Below are positions 11,500 to 23,782 of a stretch of 64,000 nucleotides of DNA, in pieces. Source of the stretch: Asterias rubens (taxonomy: Eukaryota); the NCBI RefSeq assembly GCF_902459465.1, contig NC_047083.1, positions 6,200,001-6,264,000 of the forward strand, written 5' to 3'. The notes below the pieces were generated by a model, which searched no databases, was not told where the DNA came from, and was given only the letters and a program-made list of their open reading frames with translations. Position 1 is the stretch's first letter; every line of letters begins with the position of its first letter. The position numbers and the translations under genes are program-made.

Positions 11500-12490
11500 C
11501 GATCACATACACAACTAGTTGCCGACACCGACTGGCATTTAATTTTACAACAAATAATACTACAGCCAGGATACACCTGCCTGGAGTATATGTTTTTTTT
11601 ATATAATGACAATCGTGGCGCTCCATGCGTGGGCCACGTCGTTGGTGGTCTTGGACCAAAGAAAATGGGGACCCAGACTTCTAAAAGGTTTAAGAACATT
11701 GTCTGGACTTTAACCAACTGGACACAACTCAAGCAAAATAATGCAAACTTCCAATCACAGACACAAGTTGCCGAAACCTAATCACAGACACAAGATGCCG
11801 ACACCTAATCACAGACCCAAGATGCCGACGTTACAAAGTAATCAACTATGTACATGTACATGTATGGCGCCGGTAAATCAGGCATAATCAAAGAACGTAC
11901 ATTCTCGGGAAATCACGCAAAATGTCGGTAGGGTACTGCCAGTTTAGCGCATGGCGCTCCACGCGTGGGCTTCGCGCAGATGGTATTTGACCAAAGAAAA
12001 TATGGCGACGACGCAGACTTCTCAAAGGTGAACCAAGTTGAACATTGTCTTGGCTTATAACCAATCACAACTCAAGCAATACCAACTTCCAATCACAGAC
12101 ACAAGTTGCCGACACCTAATCACAGACACAAGATGCCGACACCTAATTACAGACACAAGATGCCGTCAGCGACTGGCATTTAATTTCACAACAATGAAAA
12201 TACACATTGAGTCTATTTTTTTCATAATCAGACCGCCAAATTCATTTTAAAAGACCATTATTTAAACACCCAAAATAATCAACTACACATGTATGGCGCC
12301 GGTGAATCACGCAACATCAAAGCATCCTTCAATCTCAGTAATAACGGTGAATTACACTCCAGCAAAGCAACCTTCATTATGGGGATAATCATGGGAATTG
12401 AGCGACATCAAAGCACTATTCATTCTCTCGTAATCACGCAAAATGTCGCGTGGGTGTTGCAAGTTTAGCGCGTGGCACTCCACGCGTGAG
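11500..12490. repeat. duplicated right subterminal modules with a 27-bp triplet
   Basis: ggcgctcca(c/t)gcgtgg...gaccaaagaaaa...aatcacagacacaag(t/a)tgccgacacct x3 occurs at about 11615-11830 and again at about 11950-12167. Confidence 0.85.
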
Positions 12491-12680
12491 TCACGCGTTA
12501 ATATACCGACGGCTATTTGACTTTTTTTCAAGACATGTTATCGCGCCAACCTCCACGCCCGTTTGCGCGTGGGATTTATCGCACGGCGTCTAGTTATTTT
12601 CAATCGGTACTGTAAGTACCTTGTTTGGTAGATACGTGCCCTATATAAGACTTTGATATTATTATTCTTATTATTGTTAC

Positions 12681-12801
12681 CTATGAATCATCTCAGCTGG
12701 CCCTTGGTCCATACCAACTGCATCTCTCTCAGCGGCTACAGCATCAAGAAAAGCATCCTCCCAGAACTGAACCTCATCCCAAATTGGAGATCTGTCCTTA
12801 G
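12681..12801 (-). CDS. MADD: MADD exon (C-terminal conserved region)
   Basis: (A)[39 protein letters not shown](R) matches [33 protein letters not shown]; phase 1 to 2. Confidence 0.95.
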
Positions 12802-13643
12802 CTAAAAAGAAGACAACAAATATTGCCTGTTAACATTTGTTTCACTACCAATCATGGATAACACACTATACATTTGATTAATTAAAGGAACATTACAGAA
12901 TTTTTTTTACTAACAAAACGGTTGCTGGCAGTGCAAGCACTTTATGTAATCCATCATATATATAAACTGACAAACCTGTAGAAGTTCAAGATCGATCAGC
13001 CATCTGGGTCACGAATGTACATCGATGCCAAACCAACAGGGAATACAACGCTCACTGAGCAATATATTCCAAACGCGATTATTTACTTCTCATCAAATAT
13101 GACCATTCAGACAGAAATATTTCAATGGATGTTTTCTTCTATCATCATCGTTAGGCCGTGTAAGTTTTATGTAAATCTGTGATTTTCACGATTTTTGTTT
13201 CTTACCAATTCTGTAACGTTCCTTTAAACCTGATGGATGTTTTGATGTAAAAAAAAAAAAAAAAATATAAACATAAATTTTAAAATTATCTTCACTTTAT
13301 TGTTCAAATGCTTAGAGCTTGGATAGAAGATTATCCAATAGAATTTGAAATGTTGATATCATGCACACTTGCATCTAGACTGCATCAAGTTTTGCAACTT
13401 CCGGCTCAAAATATGCCAAAGCTAGCATGTGATAATGTGTAATATCACAAAAACACAACTCCATCAATCATCTAGGCACTTCTAACCAAAAATACAAATT
13501 CTGAAGAATCAAAAACATAAATCTTTGCGAATCAAAAAGCTTGTTCTTCGTACAATAATCCTATAAGAAGAAAAGAACCTAAGAATTGGTTGTAGAAAAT
13601 GCGATAGAGAGTCAAGGTTTGTTAAAATTGTGCATACATGTAC

Positions 13644-13800
13644 CAATTAGTGCTTCAAACACATAGTGTCGCAAGATGAGTTCTGAGGTATCTGTATCGG
13701 TAGCAATCATGTTTCCTCCATGGTAACGGAAGCCAGCACTCACACAGCTTTTACAACTCCATGTGATGGGAGATCGTCGCCTTCCACCAATGGATGATAG
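13644..13800 (-). CDS. MADD: MADD exon
   Basis: LSSIGGRRRSP...SAGFRYHGGNMIATDTDTSELILRHYVFEALI(G), similar to MADD RxYLYEGLLG; phase 0 to 1. Confidence 0.85.
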
Positions 13801-14027
13801 CTACAAACAAAACAAGTTACTTCACTTTACTTTCAGAGAATTAACTTACTTGCAGACTAGTCTCAAACTGAACAGCCAGTTCATTTCGTGAAAATAAATA
13901 TGTCCTTTACACATGGCTAGTCATCAATATTATATGACACATTTAACTCTAAAAAAGAGTGGCAAAGAATGGCAAAGGTCGTGGGTTCGATTCACACCTA
14001 CGGTGTAGTAACATGCCTGTGGATTCT

Positions 14028-14348
14028 TTAAAGGATTTGGGTACTTTTTGTAACACAAAACACAATGTCCACAGATTTGCATCAAACTTACACCATTTGA
14101 AGATAATGATAGTAGAAAGCGTACCTTGAAATATTAGTTGCTGAGGTGATGCATTTTTTGAGAAATGAGTAAAACAATGTCATGAAAATACGTTTTAGAT
14201 GCTAAAATAATTTCTCGTCTCATGATCACTGAGCAAGTAATATTTTGAGGGAAGCTTTCAACCATCATTATCCTCAAACTGTGTAAGTTTAGTGTAAATC
14301 TGTGGACATTGTGTTTTTTGTCCTACAAAAGTTACATACACCCTTTAA
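14028..14348. mobile_element. MITE with TTAA TSD (Kolobok-like)
   Basis: TTAA|AGGATTTGGGTACTTTTTGTA ... TACAAAAGTTACATACACCCT|TTAA inverted ends. Confidence 0.7.
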
Positions 14349-15009
14349 CAGAACTCAGGAAAAGAACCAAATTTACACACTTTGGGTGAAACCAAATAAA
14401 AAATTCTTAATCTCTGTTGCAAATTTAACATCTATTAAACTCTATAATAATCTCTATTCACAATGTTATGAGATTACATGTTTTGCATCTTTCATTGAAC
14501 AAGTCTCAAAGATAATTTATGCTATTAGTATTATAACACCCCTAACAAGAATTATGCATTTTAATTGGTTTAGAGCACATCACATGATGTGTTTATTGAC
14601 TAGAAAGCTTTGTTACACACTAAACATCCAGCAATCAATGTACTATACCCATAGTAACCAGTGAACTAGACCCATAGCAACAGCAGATTTCTATAGATCT
14701 AGGCACAACATATGTTTGGGGTGTTATAAAACAATAGATGGATTGCAGACAGCGTCATGGACTGCCATATTTGATGATAAACAATGGGAAAGTGCATGTG
14801 TGTACGTACTCAGCACAACTCTCAGCCAATGACGCATGTGCAATCAATCTATTAATGACTGCTTATTGACTGCTTTTACCCGTGCTGTGGTTTAAACTAT
14901 GACTCCCTCGGTGTTCTGTGGAACATTCTTTTTTTCCCTAGGTTTCACCACAGGATTACTAGGAGAGTTGTCTTTTTAAACTAGCACTTAAAGCAGTCAA
15001 TATTTGTTT

Positions 15010-15456
15010 CACAAGGTTTCACAAGACTGCAGATACAGATCACATATGATAACCGTATCCGTTCACATCAGCCGCGTGTTGGATTTTGTTACGCAAAATA
15101 TAGGTATGTGTCACTTGATGAGAGAGCTCGCATTCATCACAAGTGTTTTTTTGACACATGACCGATATAGACCTTGTGTTTTACACCTTGTATTTTTCAT
15201 CGTTTTGCTTGCAAATTACTAACAATTGTCTATCTATATTGAGCATGTGAAAGCAATTCCCTGGGAAATGTTTTTGATCTGGGACAAAAAGACAACTAAA
15301 AGTCTGCAAAACAGTATTCGTTTTTCTACAACGCGTATCAGCTCCTGCTAACGTGTGTGCAAAATAGGATAGTGGCGGATACGCGTCACGTAAACACACA
15401 AAGTGTCAACGAATAGGTATCTGTATGTGTATCCGTAGACTTGCGAAACCTCTCTA
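15010..15456. mobile_element. degenerate MITE
   Basis: aggtttcacaagactgcagatacagat at 15014 versus reverse complement aggtttcgcaagtctacggatacacat ending at about 15451. Confidence 0.55.
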
Positions 15457-15522
15457 ATGTATTAGGTACTACAAGGGGCTCAGAGATAATTTGACAAGAT
15501 GAAGTGTGAGTAATTTACTTAC

Positions 15523-15971
15523 CCCATTAAGTTCTACTTCACTGTCTGACATTACAGATCTTATTGACTGATGTGTAATACGTGACCGGCGCAGACGTCC
15601 TTCACCACATGTTGAACTGCTATCACTCTCATTGCCAAGCGTGTCTGTGCTGTTGTAACTTACTAACGTGCTGGCTTCAGATACCTCAGAATCAAGACTG
15701 CAGATCTTTTCAGAGAACTTCTCTCGACGTACAATGATTTCTTTAGGCTGTATGGAGTTGCTGATATCTGTGTGGGACTCAATAGTGTCTTTTCTGGCTT
15801 GAAACGTAATCCCTTCATCATTAACATTCCCAGTGTTGTTATTTTCAATGTCGTTAACTGACTGTTTATATATATCTTGTTGTATTGCATCAGTGTCATT
15901 CTCCAGTTGATCTGTACCATCACTATTACTTCCTGGCTGTGTTGTCATTTCCAAATTGGAACCTATTGCAC
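15523..15971 (-). CDS. MADD: MADD exon
   Basis: 449-nt open frame containing DSEVSEASTLVSYNSTDTLGNESDSSSTCGEG and MSDSEVELNG, matching the MADD SQDSEVST..SNSSGETLG.DSD and LSDSEIE motifs; phase 1 to 0. Confidence 0.85.
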
Positions 15972-17014
15972 CTGAGTTCAACATTTTATATAACATGGGA
16001 AAGTTAGTCAAAATGCAATCTGAGAGCCTTCCTTATAAATCTTGATACAAAAACAAAATCATTCAATATTTAGAAAATTTGTCTGAAATTTGGCCGCGTG
16101 TGAAAAAATGTCCCTTACATGTATTACTAAATCGTATTGTGATTTCTTGCAAATGATATGTATCTTTATTTGAAAATGTACCATACCCCAAAACATTGAT
16201 TAATCAAATCTTAATCATACTTGTTCTTATTTTACATATGTAAATTTTCACATAATATTTAATTAAAATTGTCCGTAATAAATGACAGACTATGAGATAA
16301 TAAAGTGCTTACTAATGTAAGGGGTCTTTCACAATTATCATCATTTTCACAAGCGTACAAGTGCACACTTTGTCCATATCCCCTCCCTCCCCTAAAGTGT
16401 ACGAAGAAAACTGGGGCGTTTTCCACATTGTTCTACAAACCCTATAGATTTATTATGAGCACGGTTATAAGAAATATATAAAGAATGACACGTATTAAAC
16501 AGACACCATAGTTTGTTGCATAGAAGACGCAGCTTATCCTACTTTTAAAAGGTAAAACAGATACACACAAAACCAGCGTCAAAGGCCCATGAAGGTATAA
16601 AATGTACAGCAGGCATTCACCCCTGCCCTCTCGGCCTACAGTTTGAATGCTTGTGAACATGTTAATAATTGGGATGAATGACCCCTGATTCCATACAATT
16701 TTTAATGATGCCATGCCATACCTGAGTTGTCTACAAAATAAAACAAAGACAAATTTTACGATGTGCAACCAAATGTTTAAGCAGAAGAAAAAAATTCCAA
16801 CAAACCTCAATGGACAGCAAGAATAACCAAGCAATGGTTTATTATTGAAGAGCACAAAATGGAAGAACATCAAGTGACCGGTAGAGTAGAAGAGAAATGA
16901 AATAGTTTTAGCAGAAAGGCAATTAATACAAATCACAACAATAGAACAATAGCCAAACTATTAATGTGCAAGAGGCATTCTTTGAAGGTGCATAGAGATT
17001 ACTAATAGTCTTAC

Positions 17015-17152
17015 CTGTAACAGCTACTCCTGCCGCTATACTGACTGCTCCATGTACTCCAGCACCAGTACTTCCACCAACACTTACTTCAGACATATCA
17101 ATCAACTCATAAGCACTGTCATTACGATTCCCTTCCATCATTGGAGAGTTTA
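17015..17152 (-). CDS. MADD: probable MADD exon
   Basis: (V)NSPMMEGNRNDSAYELIDMSEVSVGGSTGAGVHGAVSIAAGVAVT(G); tttttttag acceptor, GTAAG donor, phase 1/1. Confidence 0.7.
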
Positions 17153-17466
17153 CTAAAAAAAACAATTTCACACCAACACACTCATTATATCAATGAATAT
17201 TCATAGGGAAACCCTCATGTCTGATTTGTAATGCATATTCATTGAAAATGAATGTGACCAGTACATGTAGTTCATACATTACATAGCTTGAATAGTGCAC
17301 CTGGCCTAAGATTGGATTGTCAGTTTCACTCCAGATGCAGTATCTAAATGATTAATCTTCTATTCATAAATACCTCAAGACAGTTTCGCTATTCCTATTG
17401 GTGGAGAGTGCGTCACGTGGGGTAGTTATAAGAAAACCACGGTTTTCATGGCACAATTAGCATTTT

Positions 17467-18117
17467 TTGGTCATCACATCGGTTCATGAAGTCCAGGACT
17501 ACTCAACCAGATCCCGTAATAACCTGTTTCTTCCTTTCACCCGCACCCTGTACTCTAGCAACACCCTTCGATTCACTTGTCCATGTCTTTGGAATGCTAT
17601 CTCTTGCAGTTTAAGAACAATGCCGTCCGTGGGTCGATTTAAGATCTCTTACAAAAGAGTCCTCCTCTCTCACTATGTAACATAGCTTTTCTCTCCACTT
17701 ATCTATTTTCTTTTGTCGTCTTCAGTAAGCCTGGTCTAACATTCTTTGTGTTTTTGCATTTGTCGTCAGCATTTTGTATTGTCATTGCGTAATTGTCGTG
17801 CCCTTGTTTCATCTTCGATGTTTATTTGTTTGTTTGTTTGTTTGTTTGTTTGTGTGTTTTCTTGTCTGTAGAAAGGCTATTGTCTACAAGCCACGGCTTA
17901 TCTAACAGCCTCATGCTCTCGCTCCTGTCTTGTACATAGTTAATTCCTAGTTTGTTAATTTATTATTTGCTTTTAGATTATATTGTTTTTCTGTAAAATT
18001 TAATACACTTTAGATTTGTTAAACTTCTACGTACTGTTTAATTCTCACTTTTTTTTTTCCAACGAGAGTATGGAATAAACGTTTATTGAATTGAATTGAA
18101 TTGAATTGAATTGAATT
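17467..18117 (+). mobile_element. 5'-truncated CR1/L2-group LINE 3' end
   Basis: Terminal ORF2 peptide HEVQDYSTRSRNNLFLPFTRT...CLWNAIS...FKISYKRVLL*, followed by a 3' UTR, AATAAA and a (TTGAA)n tail at about 18087-18117. Confidence 0.75.
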
Positions 18118-18240
18118 ATGAATATAGTAGAACAACATTGGAAAACAGATAAGTTTTCAGTTTATTCAGAGTTTCCTATATTACGCTGTGTCTATTTTGT
18201 ACATGAATGAAATGGGACGACACTTGGTTCAGGTGAATGT

Positions 18241-19785
18241 TGTGAATGTGTGTTGGCACATGGCAACGTGGAGTGGTGCACTGTTGTGAATGTGTGTTGG
18301 CACATGGCAAAGTGGATTGGTGCACTGTAGTGAATGTGTGTTGGCACATGGCAAAGTGGAGTGGTGCACTATAGTGAATGTGTGTTGGCACATGGCAAAG
18401 GGGAGTGGTGCACTGTTGTGAATGTGTGTTGGCACATGGCAAAGTGGAGTGGTGCACTGTTGTGAATGTGTGTTGGCACATGGCAAAGTGGAGTGGTGCA
18501 CTGTTGTGAATGTGTGTTGGCACATGGCAAAGTGGAGTGGTGCACTGTTGTGAATGTGTGTTGGCACATGGCAAAGGGGAGTGGTGCACTGTTGTGAATG
18601 TGTGTTGGCACATGGCAAAGTGGAGTGGTGCACTGTTGTGAATGTGTGTTGGCACATGGCAAAGTGGAGTGGTGCACTGTTGTGAATGTGTGTTGGCACA
18701 TGGCAAAGTGGAGTGGTGCACTGTAGTGAATGTGTGTTGGTACATGGCAAAGTGGAGTGGTGCACTGTAGTGAATGTGTGTTGGCACATGGCAAAGTGGA
18801 GTGGTGCACTGTAGTGAATGTGTGTTGGCACATGGCAAAGGGGAGTGGTGCACTGTAGTGAATGTGTGTTGGCACATGGCAAAGGGGAGTGGTGCACTGT
18901 AGTGAATTTGTGTTGGCACATGGCAAAGTGGAGTGGTGCACTGTAGTGAATGTGTGTTGGCACATGGCAAAGGGGAGTGGTGCACTGTAGTGAATGTGTG
19001 TTGGCACATGGCAAAGGGGAGTGGTGCACTATAGTGAATGTGTGTTGGCACATGGCAAAGTGGAGTGGTGCACTGTAGTGAAAGTGTGTTGGCACATGGC
19101 AAAGGGGAGTGGTGCACTATAGTGAATGTGTGTTGGCACATGGCAAAGTGGAGTGGTGCACTGTAGTGAATGTGTGTTGGCACATGGCAAAGGGGAGTGG
19201 TGCACTGTAGTGAATGTGTGTTGGCACATGGCAAAGTGGAGTGGTGCACTGTAGTGAATGTGTGTTGGCACATGGCAAAGTGGAGTGGTGCACTGTAGTG
19301 AAAGTGTGTTGGCACATGGCAAAGGGGAGTGGTGCACTGTAGTGAATGTGTGTTGGCACATGGCAAAGTGGAGTGGTGCACTGTAGTGAATGTGTGTTGG
19401 CACATGGCAAAGTGGAGTGGTGCACTGTAGTGAATGTGTGTTGGCACATGGCAAAGGGGAGTGGTGCACTGTAGTGATTGTGTGTTGGCACATGGCAAAG
19501 GGGAGTGGTGCACTATAGTGAATGTGTGTTGGCACATGGCAAAGGGGAGTGGTGCACTGTTGTGAATGTGTGTTGGCACATGGCAAAGGGGAGTGGTGCA
19601 CTATAGTGAATGTGTGTTGGCACATGGCAAAGTGGAGTGGTGCACTGTAGTGAATGTGTGTTGGCACATGGCAAAGTGGAGTGGTGCACTGTTGTGAATG
19701 TGTGTTGGCACATGGCAAAGTGGAGTGGTGCACTGTTGTGAATGTGTGTTGGCACATGGCAAAGTGGAGTGGTGCACTGTAGTGA
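18241..19785. repeat. 44-bp minisatellite, about 35 copies
   Basis: Unit gtgaatgtgtgttggcacatggcaaag(t/g)ggagtggtgcact(g/a)t(a/t). Confidence 0.97.
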
Positions 19786-19801
19786 TGCATTAATGACATA
19801 C

Positions 19802-19867
19802 CTCTTATGGCTCCTTCCTCTGTGCTAGTGCTACTGCTGCTCACAACAGATCCACGTTTCTCCCAAC
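19802..19867 (-). CDS. MADD: probable MADD exon
   Basis: (G)WEKRGSVVSSSSTSTEEGAIR(G); 66 nt, TAG acceptor, GTATGT donor, phase 1/1 consistent with its neighbours. Confidence 0.65.
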
Positions 19868-20014
19868 CTATAGAGTCAAATAAGCATCAATTGATCATTA
19901 CACCTTGTGCCTTATTACTTCATCAAATATATTCTCAATATTATTAGCTGTTTTTGTGTTTTGCACCTTTGGAACCAGACAGCTATTGGAGCAATTTGAT
20001 TGTGTTGTGACCTA

Positions 20015-20244
20015 CTGGGCCCAATTTCATGGCTCTGCTTACCCTAAGCAAGGAATCGGCGCTTAGTTACAGAAGCAGGGAATTCTGTGCTTAGGCCAAA
20101 CGTATTTCACAATGGCTTTGCAAGGAATTTAGGCACTTTACGCTTACAGAGCTAGCGCAGACATTCTGTGCTTGCACGTAAGCGAAGAATGGTGATCTTA
20201 GGCACAGAATTTGGCTGTTAGCAGAGCCATGAAATTGGGCCCAG
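20015..20244. mobile_element. MITE (Harbinger-like ends)
   Basis: ctgggcccaatttcatggctctgct ... agcagagccatgaaattgggcccag perfect inverted ends. Relatives at 39364-39619, 38988-39151 and 27549-27706. Confidence 0.75.
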
Positions 20245-21127
20245 GTCTCAATGTAATGGCTCTGCTTACAGCACAATTCTGCCCTTACAGCATCTAAACT
20301 TGTGCGCTTTTACAGGGCACCATAAGCGCATGGTGGTTAGCACTGCCATGACATTAGGCCAAGGACATAAAGATGTAGACCTTTATCACAGTGTGGCCAT
20401 CTTGATTTTACTCCATTCAAACTCATTGCAACCAAACTGAGGCTGGATGAAATAATAGTCTGGCGCCATGTTTGCGCATTGAATGTTAGCATTTGTTACA
20501 GTGGAAACAGGGAACATGACCAAGGTGGTGATAGCGTGAAAAAGGTCTTTATTAAAATGATTTTAAAGGTATGTACGTAAGAAATTTCTTTAAAATGTCT
20601 GTTGTTTATGATTTCTCTAACAGTTTTAAGCAATGACAGGTGAGTAGTGAGTATTTTCCATTGAACTAGACTGGTTTAGGAAGGGAGGGAGGGTGTAATG
20701 TACAGAAACATGGCTTAACATCTAATTCAAATACAATGACTGGATTACATTCGTACATGTAAGGAAACTTGTGAAAATGTGGAGTTTCATCTTATTAAAT
20801 GACACACATTGCATTCAAATTGTCATGTGGGTACATAAATTAAGTTTCTTTTAAACTGGGAAAAAAAGTAGCTGCCTATTGTAGGTATTTAGTTGTCCAT
20901 GATTTGTACATTTTCAAAAAATTTTGAACATATTCATGTGTTACATTTTTGGGTGACTTTATTAAAATAGTTGCAACAATTGAATGAATTTGAGCAAAGA
21001 AGAACAAAGAGAGATGACCCATGGTAAGATAATCATAAACAAGAATAAAAAAACATGTACACACATTCATCATACATTTTATGCAATCCTTCATTCCTAA
21101 ACATTAAACTAAAAGTTGGTATGAAAA

Positions 21128-23782
21128 ATATGTACATCGCTAAACAGATCAATCCTAAACTGTGCATGTATTGCAGGTTTTAAGATGGTGTGGATAATAT
21201 GTACATCGCTAAACAAATCAATCCTAAACTGTGCATGTATTGCAGGTTTTAAGTTGGTGTGGATATGTACATCGCTAAACAAATCAATCCTAAACTGTGC
21301 GTGTATTGCAGGTTTTAAGTTGGTATGGATATGTACATCGCTAAACAAATCAATCCTAAACTGTGCATGTATTGCAGGTTTTAAGATGGTATGGATATGT
21401 ACATCGCTAAACAGATCAATCCTAAACTGTGCGTGTATTGCAGGTTTTGAGATGGTATGGATATGTACATCGCTAAACAGATCAATCCTAAACTGTGCGT
21501 GTATTGCAGGTTTTAAGATGGTATGGATATGTACATCGCTAAACAAATCAATCCTAAACTGTGCGTGTATTGCAGGTTTTAAGATGGTGTGGATAATATG
21601 TACATCGCTAAACAAATCAATCCTAAACTGTGCGTGTATTGCAGGTTTTAAGATGGTATGGATATGTACATCGCTAAACAAATCAATCCTAAACTGTGCG
21701 TGTATTGCAGGTTTTAAGATGGTATGGATATGTACATCGCTAAACAAATCAATCCTAAACTGTGCGTGTATTGCAGGTTTTAAGTTGGTATGGATATGTA
21801 CATCGCTAAACAAATCAATCCTAAACTGTGCGTGTATTGCAGGTTTTAAGATGGTATGGATATGTACATCGCTAAACAAATCAATCCTAAACTGTGCGTG
21901 TATTGCAGGTTTTAAGTTGGTATGGATATGTACATCGCTAAACAAATCAATCCTAAACTGTGCGTGTATTGCAGGTTTTAAGTTGGTATGGATATGTACA
22001 TCGCTAAACAAATCAATCCTAAACTGTGCATGTATTGCAGGTTTTAAGATGGTATGGATATGTACATCGCTAAACAAATCAATCCTAAACTGTGCATGTA
22101 TTGCAGGTTTTAAGTTGGTATGGATATGTACATCGCTAAACAAATCAATCCTAAACTGTGCGTGTATTGCAGGTTTTAAGTTGGTATGGATATGTACATC
22201 GCTAAACAAATCAATTCTAAACTGTGCATGTATTGCAGGTTTTAAGATGGTATGGATATGTACATCGCTAAACAAATCAATCCTAAACTGTGCATGTATT
22301 GCAGGTTTTAAGTTGGTATGGATATGTACATCGCTAAACAAATCAATCCTAAACTGTGCGTGTATTGCAGGTTTTAAGTTGGTATGGATATGTACATCGC
22401 TAAACAAATCAATCCTAAACTGTGCATGTATTGCAGGTTTTAAGTTGGTATGGATATGTACATCGCTAAACAAATCAATCCTAAACTGTGCATGTATTGC
22501 AGGTTTTAAGATGGTATGGATATGTACATCGCTAAACAAATCAATCCTAAACTGTGCGTGTATTGCAGGTTTTAAGATGGTATGGATATGTACATCGCTA
22601 AACAAATCAATCCTAAACTGTGCGTGTATTGCAGGTTTTAAGATGGTATGGATATGTACATCGCTAAACAAATCAATCCTAAACTGTGCATGTATTGCAG
22701 GTTTTAAGTTGGAGTGGATAATACGTACATCGCTAAACAAATCAATCCTAAACTGTGCGTGTATTGCAGGTTTTAAGTTGGTATGGATATGTACATCGCT
22801 AAACAAATCAATCCTAAACTGTGCGTGTATTGCAGGTTTTAAGTTGGTATGGATATGTACATCGCTAAACAAATCAATCCTAAACTGTGCGTGTATTGCA
22901 GGTTTTAAGTTGGTATGGATATGTACATCGCTAAACAAATCAATCCTAAACTGTGCGTGTATTGCAGGTTTTAAGTTGGAGTGGATAATATGTACATCGC
23001 TAAACAAATCAATCCTAAACTGTGCATGTATTGCAGGTTTTAAGTTGGTATGGATATGTACATCGCTAAACAAATCAATCCTAAACTGTGCATGTATTGC
23101 AGGTTTTAAGTTGGTATGGATATGTACATCGCTAAACAAATCAATCCTAAACTGTGCGTGTATTGCAGGTTTTAAGTTGGTATGGATATATACATCGCTA
23201 AACAAATCAATCCTAAACTGTGCATGTATTGCAGGTTTTAAGATGGTATGGATATGTACATCGCTAAACAAATCAATCCTAAACTGTGCGTGTATTGCAG
23301 GTTTTAAGATGGTATGGATATGTACATCGCTAAACAAATCAATCCTAAACTGTGCATGTATTGCAGGTTTTAAGTTGGTATGGATATGTACATCGCTAAA
23401 CAAATCAATCCTAAACTGTGCGTGTATTGCAGGTTTTAAGTTGGTATGGATATGTACATCGCTAAACAAATCAATCCTAAACTGTGCGTGTATTGCAGGT
23501 TTTAAGTTGGTATGGATATGTACATCGCTAAACAAATCAATCCTAAACTGTGCGTGTATTGCAGGTTTTAAGTTGGTATGGATATGTACATCGCTAAACA
23601 AATCAATCCTAAACTGTGCATGTATTGCAGGTTTTAAGTTGGTATGGATATGTACATCGCTAAACAAATCAATCCTAAACTGTGCATGTATTGCAGGTTT
23701 TAAGTTGGTATGGATATGTACATCGCTAAACAAATCAATCCTAAACTGTGCATGTATTGCAGGTTTTAAGATGGTATGGATA
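21128..23782. repeat. 66-bp minisatellite, about 40 copies
   Basis: Unit atatgtacatcgctaaacaaatcaatcctaaactgtgc(g/a)tgtattgcaggttttaag(t/a)tggtatgg; it generates the 874-aa and 885-aa pseudo-ORFs. Confidence 0.97.

Larger units (their letters stand above)
1574..12612. mobile_element. 11-kb non-autonomous TIR DNA transposon with TA TSD (Tc1/mariner-type ends) in a MADD intron
   Basis: Left end TA|CAGCACCGATTGAAAATAACTAGACGCCGTGCGCTAAAT (1574-1612). Right-end reverse complement TA|CAGTACCGATTGAAAATAACTAGACGCCGTGCGATAAAT (12574-12612). 37/39 identity; TA at 1572-1573 and 12613-12614. No transposase ORF seen. Confidence 0.85.

Noticed and set aside
18176-19844. Overlapping 80-467 aa His/Cys/Pro-rich ORFs
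   Set aside because: They are translations of the 44-bp minisatellite. Only 19802-19867 is a plausible exon.
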